Shown: in pieces, positions 39,488 through 50,597 of the stretch | How the letters are laid out: every line of letters begins with the position of its first letter | Position numbering within the stretch: position 1 is the first letter of the stretch | Origin: a virus | Lineage: Duplodnaviria > Caudoviricetes | Direction: 5' to 3' (one strand) | IMG/VR virus record: IMGVR_UViG_3300045001_000016 | Location: 36,850-100,849 of that record | Length of the DNA stretch: 64,000 nucleotides | Made by a program: the position numbers and the translations under genes | Notes under the pieces: generated by a model | What the model was told of the DNA's origin: nothing | The model's database searches: none | Seen by the model: the letters and a program-made list of their open reading frames with translations, nothing else

Positions 39488-40852
39488 CGAGGGTGGCATC
39501 GCCATCCTGACCGTAGACGACCCCGAGATGTGGACGGAGGAGACCGAGATCTGCTCCTGGACGCGCAGCGAGTGGGAAGAAGATCCGAGTGTGGTCGCTG
39601 TGATCGCTAACGCCCTGCGCATCTACTACACGATGGGGCCAGCCATGCTGGCCCAGACCGTGGGCAAGGTGCTGACCTGCGCGCTACGGGAGGACGTACA
39701 GCCATGACCGACATCTACGAAGCCACCATTACCGCGCACGTCCTGCTGCTCGGGAAGGGAGTTCCCGCCGTGGTCCTGCGCGTACTCGACGACGTCCTGG
39801 CCGCCCAGGAGCCGCACATCCCCCACCACATCAGCCTGCGCGGCAGCAGCAGTCTCATTCCCGCGCCACCCGAACCCGCGCCACCGCAGTACGCCGCCGC
39901 CTTGCTCAGGATGTGGGGCTACGATCTAGACGACCTCTCCCCCCAGTGGCGCTACGCCCTTGATCTGAGCGAGACCCAACCGATGGGGGAAGCGGACGAG
40001 GAGACCGATCATGCCCCGCCGCCGTGAGCAAGACGCACCACCTCTCCAGCCCTTCGTCACCCCCGCGACCCTGGAGCGCGCCCGTGCCCAGGAGAAAATG
40101 CGCCGCCGCGTCTACGATCGCCTCTTCTCTGCCTGCCTGTCTGCCGAGCGCGATCCTGCCCTCTCGCCCACCGTGCTGGGCGCCTGCGCGCAGTGGCACT
40201 ATGCCCGCGCGCACGTCTGGCGGCTGCAGAGCGCCCTGGTCCCGGAGGGGCTCTCTGCCCTGGGGCGCGCCCATCTCGACTATCGCATCGCACAAGCGCA
40301 AGCCGCCCGCCACATGGCCGACCACTGGGGCTGGCTCAAGCTAGACCTGTTGCACCCCCCGACCACGCCCGAGGAGTCGCACTGGCGCAACAAGCAGCGG
40401 GAGGTGAACCAGCGCGCCTACGATGAATCGTTTCTTCACGACAAGGAGGTCATCCGCACGCTAGAAGAGGAGTTTCCCGAGGTCACGCATCTGGATAGCA
40501 ACGAAGGAGACGAGGAGTGAGCCACAATCAGGACAAAGACGAAGACCGTGACGAGGAGCGCGCCGTCCTGGGGGCCGGTATCGTGGGGGTCAGGATCACC
40601 GACCTGCGCCCGCTGAGCGATGAGGAGATGGCCGGCGAGGGCTGGTATCCCAGCCGCGTGCATGGCCGACCCATGGCCCTGGTGCTGGAGAACGGCGTGG
40701 TGCTCTACGCCGCCGCCGACCCTGAGGGCAATGGGCCGGGGTGCCTCTTTGGCCTGGACGCGCTGGGCGAGGCGTTTAGGATCGGTGGCTTCCCCGATGA
40801 TATGAGCGAGGACGAGCGTGATGCGTGAATGTGGTCTGATGAACCACTGGCT

Positions 40853-42216
40853 GTGACCATCACCACGACCAGAAGGTGCGATGATTCTGCCGCTGGGTCA
40901 GGGGACCCCGACACGGGCCAGCCCAGCCCGGATAAGCATGGTGCGTGCGGAATTATGATCGCGCTGGATGCTTGTTCCGCAGGCGCAGGAGTGCCAGCGT
41001 TCATCCAGGTCTTTGGGGACACTGGCCCCGCAACCGCTACACTCCTGGCTCGTGCCTGCTGGGTTAACCGCCACCACAACACGCCCAGCGTCTGCCGCTT
41101 TGTACGTGAGGATGGTGAGGAATTGTGCCCAACCAGCATCATGAATCGACTTGTTCAGACCGCCCTTGGCGCTCGCGCCGTTGGGAAGATAACACCCCTC
41201 ATCGTCCTGGCGGGGCGCGGGCCGCCGCACCATATTATGCACCTGCAAGCGCTCAACGGCCAGCGCCCCTGCGCGGGCGATCAGGTCGCAGGCCACCTTG
41301 TGGTGAAAGTCGCGCCGTTGGTCACGTGTTTTGCGGTGCGCCTTGGCGACCAGCGTTCTGGCCCGCAGGCTATTGTTGCTGCCACGTGCCTTGCGCGCCA
41401 CGGCATGCTGGCGGCGTGCGATGGTCGCCTCTGCGCGCCGGAAGTGGCGGGGGTTGGGGATGTGCTCGCCCGTCGAGAGCGTGGCGAAATGCTCCAGGCC
41501 CACGTCGATCCCGATAGCGGGCAAATCTGGAGCTTCTTGCACGGAGATATCGACAAGACAAGAGAAGCAGACATACCACTGGTCGGCGCTGCGTCGCACC
41601 GTGACGGTCTTGACCGTGCCCTCTAGAGGGCGATGCCAGCGCACCTTGAGCGCCCCAATAGCCCGTAGGTGCAGCCGACCGTCATTCACCTTCCATCCAT
41701 TTTGCTGGAAGGTGAATGAGTCGTAGCGTGCGCGCCCACGGAAACGTGGATACCCGGCTTTATGTCCGGCACGCACGCGACGGAAGAAACCGGCAAAGGC
41801 CAGATCCACGCGCTTTAGGACATCGCGCACCATCTGCGCGTCGAGGAGACGGTACTCAGGACGTACCTCCTTGATAGCAGGCAACTGGCGCGCTTGGTCA
41901 TAGTAGTTGATGCGCTGGTGGCGCATGCGCCACGCCTCACGGCGCTCTTCGAGTGCGGCGTTGTAGAGTTCGCGGCACCTACCCAGTATATGCTGCATTG
42001 CCGCATCTTGCGCGTGCGTGGGATAGATCCGGTACTTGAATGCGCGGTGGACGGTGCGCGTGCCGGCCATAGAGAGGAGCCTCCGCAATCTCCGGGCGTC
42101 GTGTCACGGAGCGCCAGGGGAGACGCGAAGGCATAGAAAAACGCCCCAACCTGGAAAGCTCCGTGACATCTCCATCATACTCCATGAGAGGGTGGCTTGT
42201 CTAGCCCCCTCACGGA
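40853..42216 (-). mobile_element. IS200/IS605-family (IS1341-like) tnpB-only element
   Basis: tnpB ORF; right-end bulged hairpin ending ...GGTCAC at 40853; left-end hairpin at ~42180-42217 next to TTGAC. Left boundary is approximate. Confidence 0.75.
40898..42070 (-). CDS. tnpB: RNA-guided endonuclease TnpB with an intact RuvC D-E-D triad
   Basis: 'AFKYRIYPT', 'GIDVG', 'VERL', 'TSQECSGCG', 'RDHNSA'. Confidence 0.95.
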   Translation of the reverse strand: MAGTRTVHRAFKYRIYPTHAQDAAMQHILGRCRELYNAALEERREAWRMRHQRINYYDQARQLPAIKEVRPEYRLLDAQMVRDVLKRVDLAFAGFFRRVRAGHKAGYPRFRGRARYDSFTFQQNGWKVNDGRLHLRAIGALKVRWHRPLEGTVKTVTVRRSADQWYVCFSCLVDISVQEAPDLPAIGIDVGLEHFATLSTGEHIPNPRHFRRAEATIARRQHAVARKARGSNNSLRARTLVAKAHRKTRDQRRDFHHKVACDLIARAGALAVERLQVHNMVRRPAPRQDDEGCYLPNGASAKGGLNKSIHDAGWAQFLTILTYKAADAGRVVVAVNPAGTSQECSGCGASVPKDLDERWHSCACGTSIQRDHNSARTMLIRAGLARVGVP

Positions 42217-44589
42217 GTCAAGAAAGGCAGTGACCTTATGACCATGCAGAAAGCCGCTAACGAGTTCGTCGTGACCGAGGGCGACGCCCACCTGACGATC
42301 CTGGGCATGGACATCGTCATCCATCGCTCGCCCGACGACGGGGCACTCGTCATCGATATCGACACGGCCAACGTGGAGAGCGGCGATCGGATCGAGCCGC
42401 GCGGCGTGCCCGTGCTGCGCGTCTGGGTCAATGAGATGCTCGTCCATAACCCCGAAGACGACGGATGGGTGCCGCCTTCCCAGGACGATGCGTTTGATGG
42501 TGGACATCTCGTGGACGCGGATAAAGAGAAAGGCTGACAGGATGTTGCTATCTGTGACAGTGATAGTGATTCTAGCGGCCCTGGCGCTGGCCGTGGTAGC
42601 GAGCCTCTTGCGCGCGCTGGCATCCGTTGGACCCGCGCCCCCAGGGTGCGGGGGGAGAGAGTATCAGGGCTGGCAGGACGAAGAGGACATGGAAGCGCCA
42701 CCAAGTGTGTGGGGAGGCGGGCAGTAGCGGTAGATCACGCACAGGAGAGTCAACGATGGGACCATACGACAACGAGGCGGGCGTCTACATGGACAACCCG
42801 ACCATCATCCAGGACTGGCAGTGGATCACCGACGAAGCGGGCAACCTGTACCTCGTTCCACCGCCTGGTACGGTGGCCGAGATCGAGGGTGACGGGCCAG
42901 CTGGCGGGATCATCGCCCACCTCGCGCGTGTGCATGGACGCATCCCGCAGTCTATCCTGCAGATGCTCAGTCTCTACAACGTGCCGCCGCCACTGCGGCG
43001 CTTCACACCCGAGGACGGCTACTACGTGGCGTAGCACACAGAAAGGAGGGATCACGATGAAAACACCGGGTCAGCAAAGCGAGGATTATGGGCGCCAGAA
43101 GCAAAAGTTTCCCTTTCCGGTGCGCCTCTCCGAGGAGATCGCGGGGGGGCTGATTCTGGAAGCGGACCTGACTGCCTACGCCCACGAGCCTCTTGGTCAG
43201 ACACACCACCGCACGCACACGGAACGTCATCCCGAGGTCTTGCGTCAGCTAGGTCTGCCCGACGAGGCCGACGCTATAGGCTTCTATCAGCGCGAGACGG
43301 TGATCGACCAGGAGACAGGCGTGCCCCACGCTCAGTTGCGCCTGTTGGGTGCGTACTGGAACGAGCGGTCGGACGGCACCTTGCACGCCGTCTGGTTCGA
43401 GCCGCGCACGCACGTCACCTTTGGCGTGGCCCACCCGCAGGCGGCTGTCTGGTGGCTGGAGCGCTACGCGCCCATCATGGGGCAACTCGTGAACGCCATC
43501 CGGCGGGCCGCAGAGATGGGGGTTGATGTCGAGGCGGCGCTCATGCGCGCGCAGGAGGAGACGGAGGAGGACGAGGACGCGCATGCAGCTAAAGACCATC
43601 TGGGCTAAACCCATCACCGCCACCTGGACGGGTGATGGAGAGGAGACGGGGCTGGAGGGCAACACGCAGATCACCGCCGAAGAGGCCATCAGCTACCTCA
43701 TCTTCGACCGTGCCCGGAACACGGACGAGGGTGTCCTCTCGGAGGAGGACTGCGCGGACCTAGGGCGAGAGATCCTGCTGATGATCGCCTGCGAACTGCG
43801 TCCCGACCTGGTGTGGCTCGACCTATAGGACCCAAGACACACAAGCAAAAGGAGAATACCCGATGCACTGGTACAACGGAGGAGTGACCTCGATCAACCT
43901 GGAGCGGGTGACCCATTACCTGACCTATCGACGGGAAGACGGCACACTACAGTCGGTCAGCGTCTACATCACCGCGTCTGAGCCGCGCTGGGAAGGTGAG
44001 GATATGCTTGGCCAGGCCCAGGCATTCCTGGTGCTGCGCGGCCAGGAAGCCGCTGGGTTCTTGCGCGCTGTCGCGCGTGCGGCGCAGGCTGGCGCACCCG
44101 AGGGCACGAAGCAGGAGGAGCGCACCACGCTGGCCACGACGACGGCACCGCCCGAGCAGGTCGCCGCCAAAGAGGAACGCATCCGGGCGCACCGCGAGCA
44201 GGTCATGAAGCGCTACAGCCGCCAGAGCACGGGCCAGGAGCAGGGCGATGTTTAAGATCGAGGTCACCGACGAGCCGGTCTGGTGCGAGAGTAGCGATAG
44301 CTTCCTTGGCCAGGCCATGATCCTGGGCTGCCCGCACCACGTCGAGCTTCTTCCTGTCGTGACACCACAGGAGTATCTGGACGACGAGGAGGGCGCGTTC
44401 CGCCAAGAGATCGCGTCTGGGCCGGACCCGCGCTGGGATGCCCTGGTCGAGGGCTTCCTGTCGGAGGCTGCGTTCCAGACGATCACGTACCAAGGGAAGG
44501 AGTGCGTCTGTGTCATAACACCTCACAATAGCTGATCTCGTTCATGAGCACAGCCCGCACACACAGGAAACAAGGGAGTCACACACCCG

Positions 44590-45879
44590 ATGAGTGAGCC
44601 AATCACGGCAAGCGCCGATCTAACACTGATCCGTCGCACCCTCGCACGTGTCAAGAGCCAGCTGAGCCGGCGCTTCTACGAGAGAAGCGCGCTCGTCCAC
44701 CTTCTCCTGTTGGCCCTAGTCGATGAGGCCAACATCCTGGTGGTCGGAAGTCCGGGCACTGGCAAGACAATGCTGGCCAAACACCTTGTCAAGCGCCACC
44801 TGGTGGGCATGCAGATGTTCCTCTATCTGCTCACCAAGTTCACGGACCCGAGCGAAATATGGGGCCCGCCCAACGTACGGGCCCTGCAAGAGGGACGCTA
44901 CGAGCGCGTGCTCACGGGTCGGGCCGCCGAGGCAACGGTCATCCTCTTTGACGAGGTGGGCAAGGCGTCGAGCGCGATCCTGAACACCTCGCTCACCGCC
45001 ATGAACGAACACACCTTTTTCGATGGCGGCAAGGAGATCGATCTGCCTGTCAGGACGTTCATCGGCCTGACCAACGAGGAGCTGACGAGCCGCGATGAAG
45101 CGGCGGCGCTCAATGATCGCTTCGAGCTGCGCCTGCAGGTGGGCTATCTCTCGTCGGCCAATCGCGAGAGGCTGGCTCTGGACCAGATCGGGCAGACCGC
45201 GCGCGACCTAGCCGAGGAGGAGCCGGCGCGTCTCTCGCTTGGCGACCTGGAGGCCCTGGGCGCGCAGGCCCGCACCGTCCAGATGTCACCCGGCATGGTC
45301 GCCCGGTACAACCAGATAATAGACGACCTGGCGCGTGAGGGCATCACCGTTAGCGACCGGCGCTTCGTGCAGGGACTCTCGCTGCTGCGCACCCACGCCC
45401 TCCTCAGCGCGCCGCCTGAGCGCCCTATCGAGAAGGTCGCCGTGACCGATGAATCGTGGTCGATCCTGGAGTACGTGTTGCCGACCCGACTGGACGAAGC
45501 CGCCAAGATTAGGGCGGTACTGGCCCGCTACGAGGTCAGCTACCGGGCCAGGATCACGGAGTTGCGCGATGAGGCCCAGTCGTGCTTTGAAACACTCGCG
45601 GCGCTGCAGAACGATCCATCAGCCGCGTCCTCGGGTCCGGCGCGCGCCGCCGCGTTGCAGGCGCAGCACATGCGCCTCACCAAGATTGAGACGGACGATC
45701 TTGCGACCATCAAGGAGACACTTGAGGGGGAGGGCAAGGACACCTCACAGGTGGACGAGGTGATCAGCCAGGTGCGCGACTGGCGCATGGCGAGCGCTCG
45801 TGGCATGACGGCGGCGATCGGCATCTCGCCCGACCGCTTCCGCAGCCTGGTCAACAGCCGCCTGGGAGGACAACCATGA
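44590..45879 (+). CDS. MoxR/RavA-like AAA+ ATPase
   Basis: 'GSPGTGKT', 'YLLTKFTDPSEIWGP', 'FDEVGKASSAILNTSL..MNE', 'AL.DRF'. Confidence 0.9.
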   Translation: MSEPITASADLTLIRRTLARVKSQLSRRFYERSALVHLLLLALVDEANILVVGSPGTGKTMLAKHLVKRHLVGMQMFLYLLTKFTDPSEIWGPPNVRALQEGRYERVLTGRAAEATVILFDEVGKASSAILNTSLTAMNEHTFFDGGKEIDLPVRTFIGLTNEELTSRDEAAALNDRFELRLQVGYLSSANRERLALDQIGQTARDLAEEEPARLSLGDLEALGAQARTVQMSPGMVARYNQIIDDLAREGITVSDRRFVQGLSLLRTHALLSAPPERPIEKVAVTDESWSILEYVLPTRLDEAAKIRAVLARYEVSYRARITELRDEAQSCFETLAALQNDPSAASSGPARAAALQAQHMRLTKIETDDLATIKETLEGEGKDTSQVDEVISQVRDWRMASARGMTAAIGISPDRFRSLVNSRLGGQP

Positions 45880-46161
45880 GCGCGCAGGATAAGGACAAGG
45901 ACGAGGTCACCCTACCACCTGCTCTGTACTATCTCGCCCTAGCCATCTGGCGCGCTGACCGAGCGCTCTACGAGGCACGCTGCCTGGGCCTGCTCACCGA
46001 CGACGAGGATGAAGACATCGCTGAAACGCTGGCGCACCTCTACAAAGCGCTGGAGGCCGTACAGTCGCGTCACATGGGTCGGCGCTACGACGCGCTGGAG
46101 GAAGCGGGTCTGGTCTAGCACACTCACGCACACACGCACAGCAGAAGGAGATCACATAGAC

Positions 46162-47883
46162 ATGTCCGATATCATCCGCGCCGTCGCCGCCAGTGAGAGT
46201 GCAACCTGGTGGCAGGATATCGAGGTGCCCAGGCTCCAGAAACCGGTGAGCATCGATGCCGTCGTCTGCGACAGCATCGACGGTCGGCGCTGGGACCTGG
46301 TGCTCAAGCACGCGCCCGACCTCTCGGGCAGCGTCGGGAAGATCGCCGCCGAGTATCCCACGTTCACCGAGCTGGCCAAGGCGGCGTTCCATAGCCTGGA
46401 CCAGTCTGATCCCCAGCTAGAGGACGCGGGGCGGCTCCTGCCGCGCTACCGGGTGCACCGCGCCGTCATGGCTGAGGTGATGGGCCTGAAGGAATGGGTA
46501 GCCTTGCGGCGCTCCACCGTCGGGGACCTGTACTACGCGGCGCTGGGCACGGGCGCGCTGGTGGAGGAACTGCGCGAGATCTACCAGCGCCTCTATACCG
46601 AAGACGAGCGGTGCCGCCAGCAGGAGATGGAGGACCTGGGCAACCAGCTAGAGGATCTATCGCAGGCCCTGCATCAGATCCTGGAGACCGCGCCCGAGGG
46701 GTCGCCCCAGGACCAGCCCACACTGGAGCAGCAGGCCCGCGCCCTCGCGCAGCAGATGCAGCAGATCATGCAACAACTAGCAGACCTGGAGGCAGAGCAA
46801 GAGGAGGCCGCCGAGGACGAAGGCCGAGCCATCCGGGCGGCCGGACGCGCCGCCAGCACCAACGCCAGTGAGCAGATTGAGGAGGTGCAGGAGGCTGAAG
46901 AATTGGCTGAAGCCATCGGCTTTGATGGGGGCCAACCGGGCGGGTCCGGTTGGTCACCCTTTGGCCATGGAGGGAAGGTAGACAGCGGACCCTTCGATCA
47001 GCAGCTGCGTATTGCCGAGATGGTCAAGCAGCATCGCATCCTCATGGAGGTGGCCAAGGTGCTCGGCCGTCTGGAGCGACGGGCTCGTTCGGCAAGAGGT
47101 AAGAAGAAGGTCCATGGTATGGATGAGGTATCGGATACCACGCTGGGCCGCGATATCTCCCGTCAGACGAGCAGCGAGATGGCACGCATGGCCGACCCGA
47201 ACCAGAACCTGCTGTGGGCTGCTGACTTCAGCGAGGGCAAGCTGCTCAACGTCGAGATGGATGAGGAGGCGGCGCACGAGCAGGGCGGCCCGGCGATGAT
47301 CGCGCGTGACACGAGCGGGTCAACGTTCAGCCCCATCGATACGGTGGCGGGCCAGCCCATCTCGGCGACCGCCGTCTTTGGGGCCATCACGCTGGCCATG
47401 AAAGCGACGGTGGTCAATGAGGATCGACGGCCGCTGCTTGTGTTGCCCTTCAGTGGCGAGCACCGACCAGAGGACGTGCCGGTCTATGAGCTAGATCCTG
47501 ATGCGCCAGGCGGCATCGACCCGAACGTCGTCCTGCAGGCCATCACGCACACGCAGGGGGGCGGCACCAATTACACCGGATGGATGAAGCGTGTGATCCG
47601 GGAGCTAACCGCCGAGAACGAGAAGCCCTGGCGCAATGCTGATTTGCTGGTTCTGACGGACGGCCTCTGCTCGATCCCCTCGGACACCCTGGAGGATTTT
47701 CTCGCCGCCAAGCGTGAGCACGATTTAAGAGTCGTCACGGTATTGGTGGGGCAGCCAGCCAACAATGCTGATGGGACGCTGACACCGGCGGGGACGCTGC
47801 TCTTCTCCTTTAGTGATGTGCTCCTGGAGATGAACAGCCTGGCCGACGCCGACAAGGTGGTAGACGCGGCCTTTGGCGCGTAG
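46162..47883 (+). CDS. VWA-domain protein (ViaA-like partner of the AAA+ ATPase)
   Basis: MIDAS 'DTSGS', 'GGGTN', 'LTDG'; central coiled coil. Confidence 0.87.
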   Translation: MSDIIRAVAASESATWWQDIEVPRLQKPVSIDAVVCDSIDGRRWDLVLKHAPDLSGSVGKIAAEYPTFTELAKAAFHSLDQSDPQLEDAGRLLPRYRVHRAVMAEVMGLKEWVALRRSTVGDLYYAALGTGALVEELREIYQRLYTEDERCRQQEMEDLGNQLEDLSQALHQILETAPEGSPQDQPTLEQQARALAQQMQQIMQQLADLEAEQEEAAEDEGRAIRAAGRAASTNASEQIEEVQEAEELAEAIGFDGGQPGGSGWSPFGHGGKVDSGPFDQQLRIAEMVKQHRILMEVAKVLGRLERRARSARGKKKVHGMDEVSDTTLGRDISRQTSSEMARMADPNQNLLWAADFSEGKLLNVEMDEEAAHEQGGPAMIARDTSGSTFSPIDTVAGQPISATAVFGAITLAMKATVVNEDRRPLLVLPFSGEHRPEDVPVYELDPDAPGGIDPNVVLQAITHTQGGGTNYTGWMKRVIRELTAENEKPWRNADLLVLTDGLCSIPSDTLEDFLAAKREHDLRVVTVLVGQPANNADGTLTPAGTLLFSFSDVLLEMNSLADADKVVDAAFGA

Positions 47884-48004
47884 AGGAATCGATTATACTG
47901 GCGACGTGGGTAGGACTGCGACCCCTACCCACGCCTGCGGTCTATCGTGAAAGGAGCACGACGACCATGGCCACAGCATACCCCACGGACCGGGGAGCGC
48001 GTCC

Positions 48005-49081
48005 ATGAGCGCCCCGCATCTGCGTTCAGACGCACCATTAGTGAGGCACCTCGCGACCCGTTACGATCCCCTCATCGCGCGGGCCTGGCAGGACCTGCCC
48101 CTGATCCAGATGCCCCCCAAAGCGCTGGAGACTCGTCCCCTGCGCGACGACCCCGACGCACAGATGCGCGGCTTTACGGAGCGCCCCTTCGAGGACTTCG
48201 TGCTCGACCTGGACGCGCGGGGGTACACGATCTTCGACGTCGAGCGCGCGGGCCTGGGCCACTACTGGTTCCGCGTCTCGGGCATCTGGCGCTTCCAGGA
48301 GACCTACCCCCGCGATCGCCCCTGGTGGCAGGGCCTACGCATCACCACGAAAGAGGTACGCCAGCAGATGGGCCTGGACCCAGGCCGCCCGGAGCACCCA
48401 AATCCGGCTGATCACGATTCAGGCCCAGCTCCCCAGGTCGCGGGCGCGCGCCGCATCGGCGTGGTCGACTCGCGCCGGCCACTAGGGGTCCCGACGGACT
48501 ACCGGCGGGGCGAAGCGGTGGTCATCGAATGTTGGGCGCTGCACCCGGATGTCGGCCACTTCCTGCCGGTGCCCGAGACCACGGTCATCGAGCCGACGAG
48601 CGGGCGCTCGCTCGTGCTGCAGACGCCGCTCGAGCGTGCCACCTACGCGCGCTGTACGCCCGAGGAGCAGAAGATGATGGTCAACGAGCAGAAGCGCCAC
48701 GTGCTCTTCTGCAAGGTGCTGCTCTACCACCTCGCCCTGCGCACCGACTACCTGGTGGAGGAGCGGCCCGCGCAGCAACCGCGCAAGCCCCGCCCGGACA
48801 AAGACAAGAAGCCGTGGTGCTACATGTATTTGCCACGGGTCATCCTGTTGCCGCCACAGCACCTAGCCGCGCCCAGGACGCCCTCGAGCGCGCCCCAGGG
48901 GTCGCCCCCCGAGGAAGGCAGCCATATGGGCAAGCGCCCCCACCAGCGCCGCAGCCACTGGCGCACGCTGCGTAGCGAGCGCTACGGGCAGAATAGGGGT
49001 CGGCGCATCCGCGTGCGTGAGGCGTGGATTGGCCCCCGTGAGTTCTGCATGAATGGTAATGTGTACCGGGTCATCGATTAG
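48005..49081 (+). CDS. Hypothetical phage protein with a C-terminal PHxRRxHWR motif
   Basis: 358 aa; 'KRPHQRRSHWR...VREAWIG'. Confidence 0.7.
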   Translation: MSAPHLRSDAPLVRHLATRYDPLIARAWQDLPLIQMPPKALETRPLRDDPDAQMRGFTERPFEDFVLDLDARGYTIFDVERAGLGHYWFRVSGIWRFQETYPRDRPWWQGLRITTKEVRQQMGLDPGRPEHPNPADHDSGPAPQVAGARRIGVVDSRRPLGVPTDYRRGEAVVIECWALHPDVGHFLPVPETTVIEPTSGRSLVLQTPLERATYARCTPEEQKMMVNEQKRHVLFCKVLLYHLALRTDYLVEERPAQQPRKPRPDKDKKPWCYMYLPRVILLPPQHLAAPRTPSSAPQGSPPEEGSHMGKRPHQRRSHWRTLRSERYGQNRGRRIRVREAWIGPREFCMNGNVYRVID

Positions 49082-49096
49082 AGGAGGGCTTCACCT

Positions 49097-49678
49097 ATGA
49101 CAAAGGCAACGATGACGGGCATCGTTCTGACGGCCGCCGTCCTGGACGTTCTGGCCAACTGGCTCGCCGCACACTACCTGATCAGTGTGGGGTGGCTGAT
49201 CTTTCCGGCTGGCACGCTCGCTTTTGCGCTCAGTTTTACCCTATACGATGCCCTGCGCCGCTTCGGCGGACTGGGGCCCACGCTGACGGCGGTGTCCCTC
49301 GGGTTCGCCTGCTCGGTCGCGGCGGGCTTGTGGGTTGGCGGCGGCATCACGCGCATCGCCGTCGCCGGGGTCATCGCGCTGGCCTGCTCCTCGCTCACCG
49401 ATCTGGCGGCGCAGTCCGTGACGCTGCGTCTGCCGATCTGGCGCTACGTCCTCACCAGTAACGCGCTCAGCCTGTTTGTGGACAGCCTTGTCTTCGTCGG
49501 CATCGCCTTTGCCGCTCTACCGACCGATGTGCGCCTGCGCCTGGTGGTCGGGCAGTATGCGGCCAAGATCGCGATGAGCGTCCTGAGCATCCCCCTCGTC
49601 TACCTGGCTCGGCACAGGCTGCGCGCCCCCGGCCCGGGCGCCGACTCCCGTAGGGACACGGGCGCCCGCCTGGCCTGA
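49097..49678 (+). CDS. VUT (YhhQ/Vut_1) family queuosine-precursor transporter-like membrane protein
   Basis: Several TM segments; 'LANW', 'PAGT..F...F.L.D', 'SN..S..VDS.VF..IAF', 'GQY.AK'. Confidence 0.82.
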   Translation: MTKATMTGIVLTAAVLDVLANWLAAHYLISVGWLIFPAGTLAFALSFTLYDALRRFGGLGPTLTAVSLGFACSVAAGLWVGGGITRIAVAGVIALACSSLTDLAAQSVTLRLPIWRYVLTSNALSLFVDSLVFVGIAFAALPTDVRLRLVVGQYAAKIAMSVLSIPLVYLARHRLRAPGPGADSRRDTGARLA

Positions 49679-49684
49679 GCGACG

Positions 49685-50476
49685 ATGCGGATGATGCAGA
49701 CGATGACGCCGTTCACGTTCTACCTAGGCACGCACCACGTGGACTGGCTCGCCCGCGCGGGCGTGCCGCTGATGGTCTCGCGCCGTCGCCTGGCCGGGCG
49801 CAAGACGCTCCCCCACGCCATCAGCCCCTGGATGCTCGATTCGGGCGGCTATTCCGAACTCAGCCTGTTCGGATGCTGGACCATCACGCCCGCGCGGTAC
49901 GCGCGGCTGGCCGACCTCTATCGCGTCGAGGTCGGCCACCTGGCCTACGCCGCGCCGCAGGACTGGATGTGCGAACCACACATCGTCCTGAAAACGGGCC
50001 TCTCCATTGCAGAGCATATGCGGCGCACCGTCCAGAACTACATGGACCTCCGCGCGTTGGCTCCGCATCTACCGTGGATGCCCGTGCTGCAAGGCTTCGC
50101 CCTGGACGACTACCTACGCTGCCTGGACCTCTATACCGCGGCCGGCATTGACCTATGGGCGGTGCCGTGCGTCGGTGTTGGCACGCTGTGCCGCCGGCAG
50201 GGGACCCAGGAGGCGCGCGCGATCCTGGCGCGTCTGTATGGGCTGGGCCTGCCGCTGCACGGCTTCGGGTTCAAAATCACGGGGTTGCCAGACGCGATGG
50301 GCGCGCTGCGCTCGGCTGATTCGATGGCCTGGAGTTACGCCGCGCGGCGCGAGCCACCGCTGCCGGGCTGCGTGCGTCACAAGTGCTGTGCCAACTGCCT
50401 GCGCTATGCGCTGCGCTGGAGGGAGCGCGTGCTCGGTCTGCAGGCGCGCCCCGTGCAGTTGCCCCTGCCGCTATGA
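49685..50476 (+). CDS. Queuine tRNA-ribosyltransferase (TGT)/DpdA-like protein
   Basis: 'LDSGGYS', 'PQDWMCEP', 'PVLQG', 'VGVG..CRR', 'LHGFG.K', 'SADSMAW'. Confidence 0.8.
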   Translation: MRMMQTMTPFTFYLGTHHVDWLARAGVPLMVSRRRLAGRKTLPHAISPWMLDSGGYSELSLFGCWTITPARYARLADLYRVEVGHLAYAAPQDWMCEPHIVLKTGLSIAEHMRRTVQNYMDLRALAPHLPWMPVLQGFALDDYLRCLDLYTAAGIDLWAVPCVGVGTLCRRQGTQEARAILARLYGLGLPLHGFGFKITGLPDAMGALRSADSMAWSYAARREPPLPGCVRHKCCANCLRYALRWRERVLGLQARPVQLPLPL

Positions 50477-50597
50477 TGGGGAGGTGAACAAAAGAGCGAC
50501 GCCGCGCCACCTCCCTGGACCCCGCGAGCCCCCTTTCACGGTACCCAGGACAAGAACAGCGCGGCGCGCACCAGACCATGAAGGAGCAGACCCGCGC

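Noticed and set aside
40831-40849. CTGATGA motif next to the tnpB element end
   Set aside because: It sits in a simple hairpin loop with no GAAA partner, so it is not hammerhead topology.
40829-41626. Long ORFs antisense to real genes (also 10343-11596, 6595-7509, 23300-24205, 53275-54279)
   Set aside because: Shadow frames expected in high-GC DNA; they overlap well-supported genes on the other strand and lack motifs or an SD.
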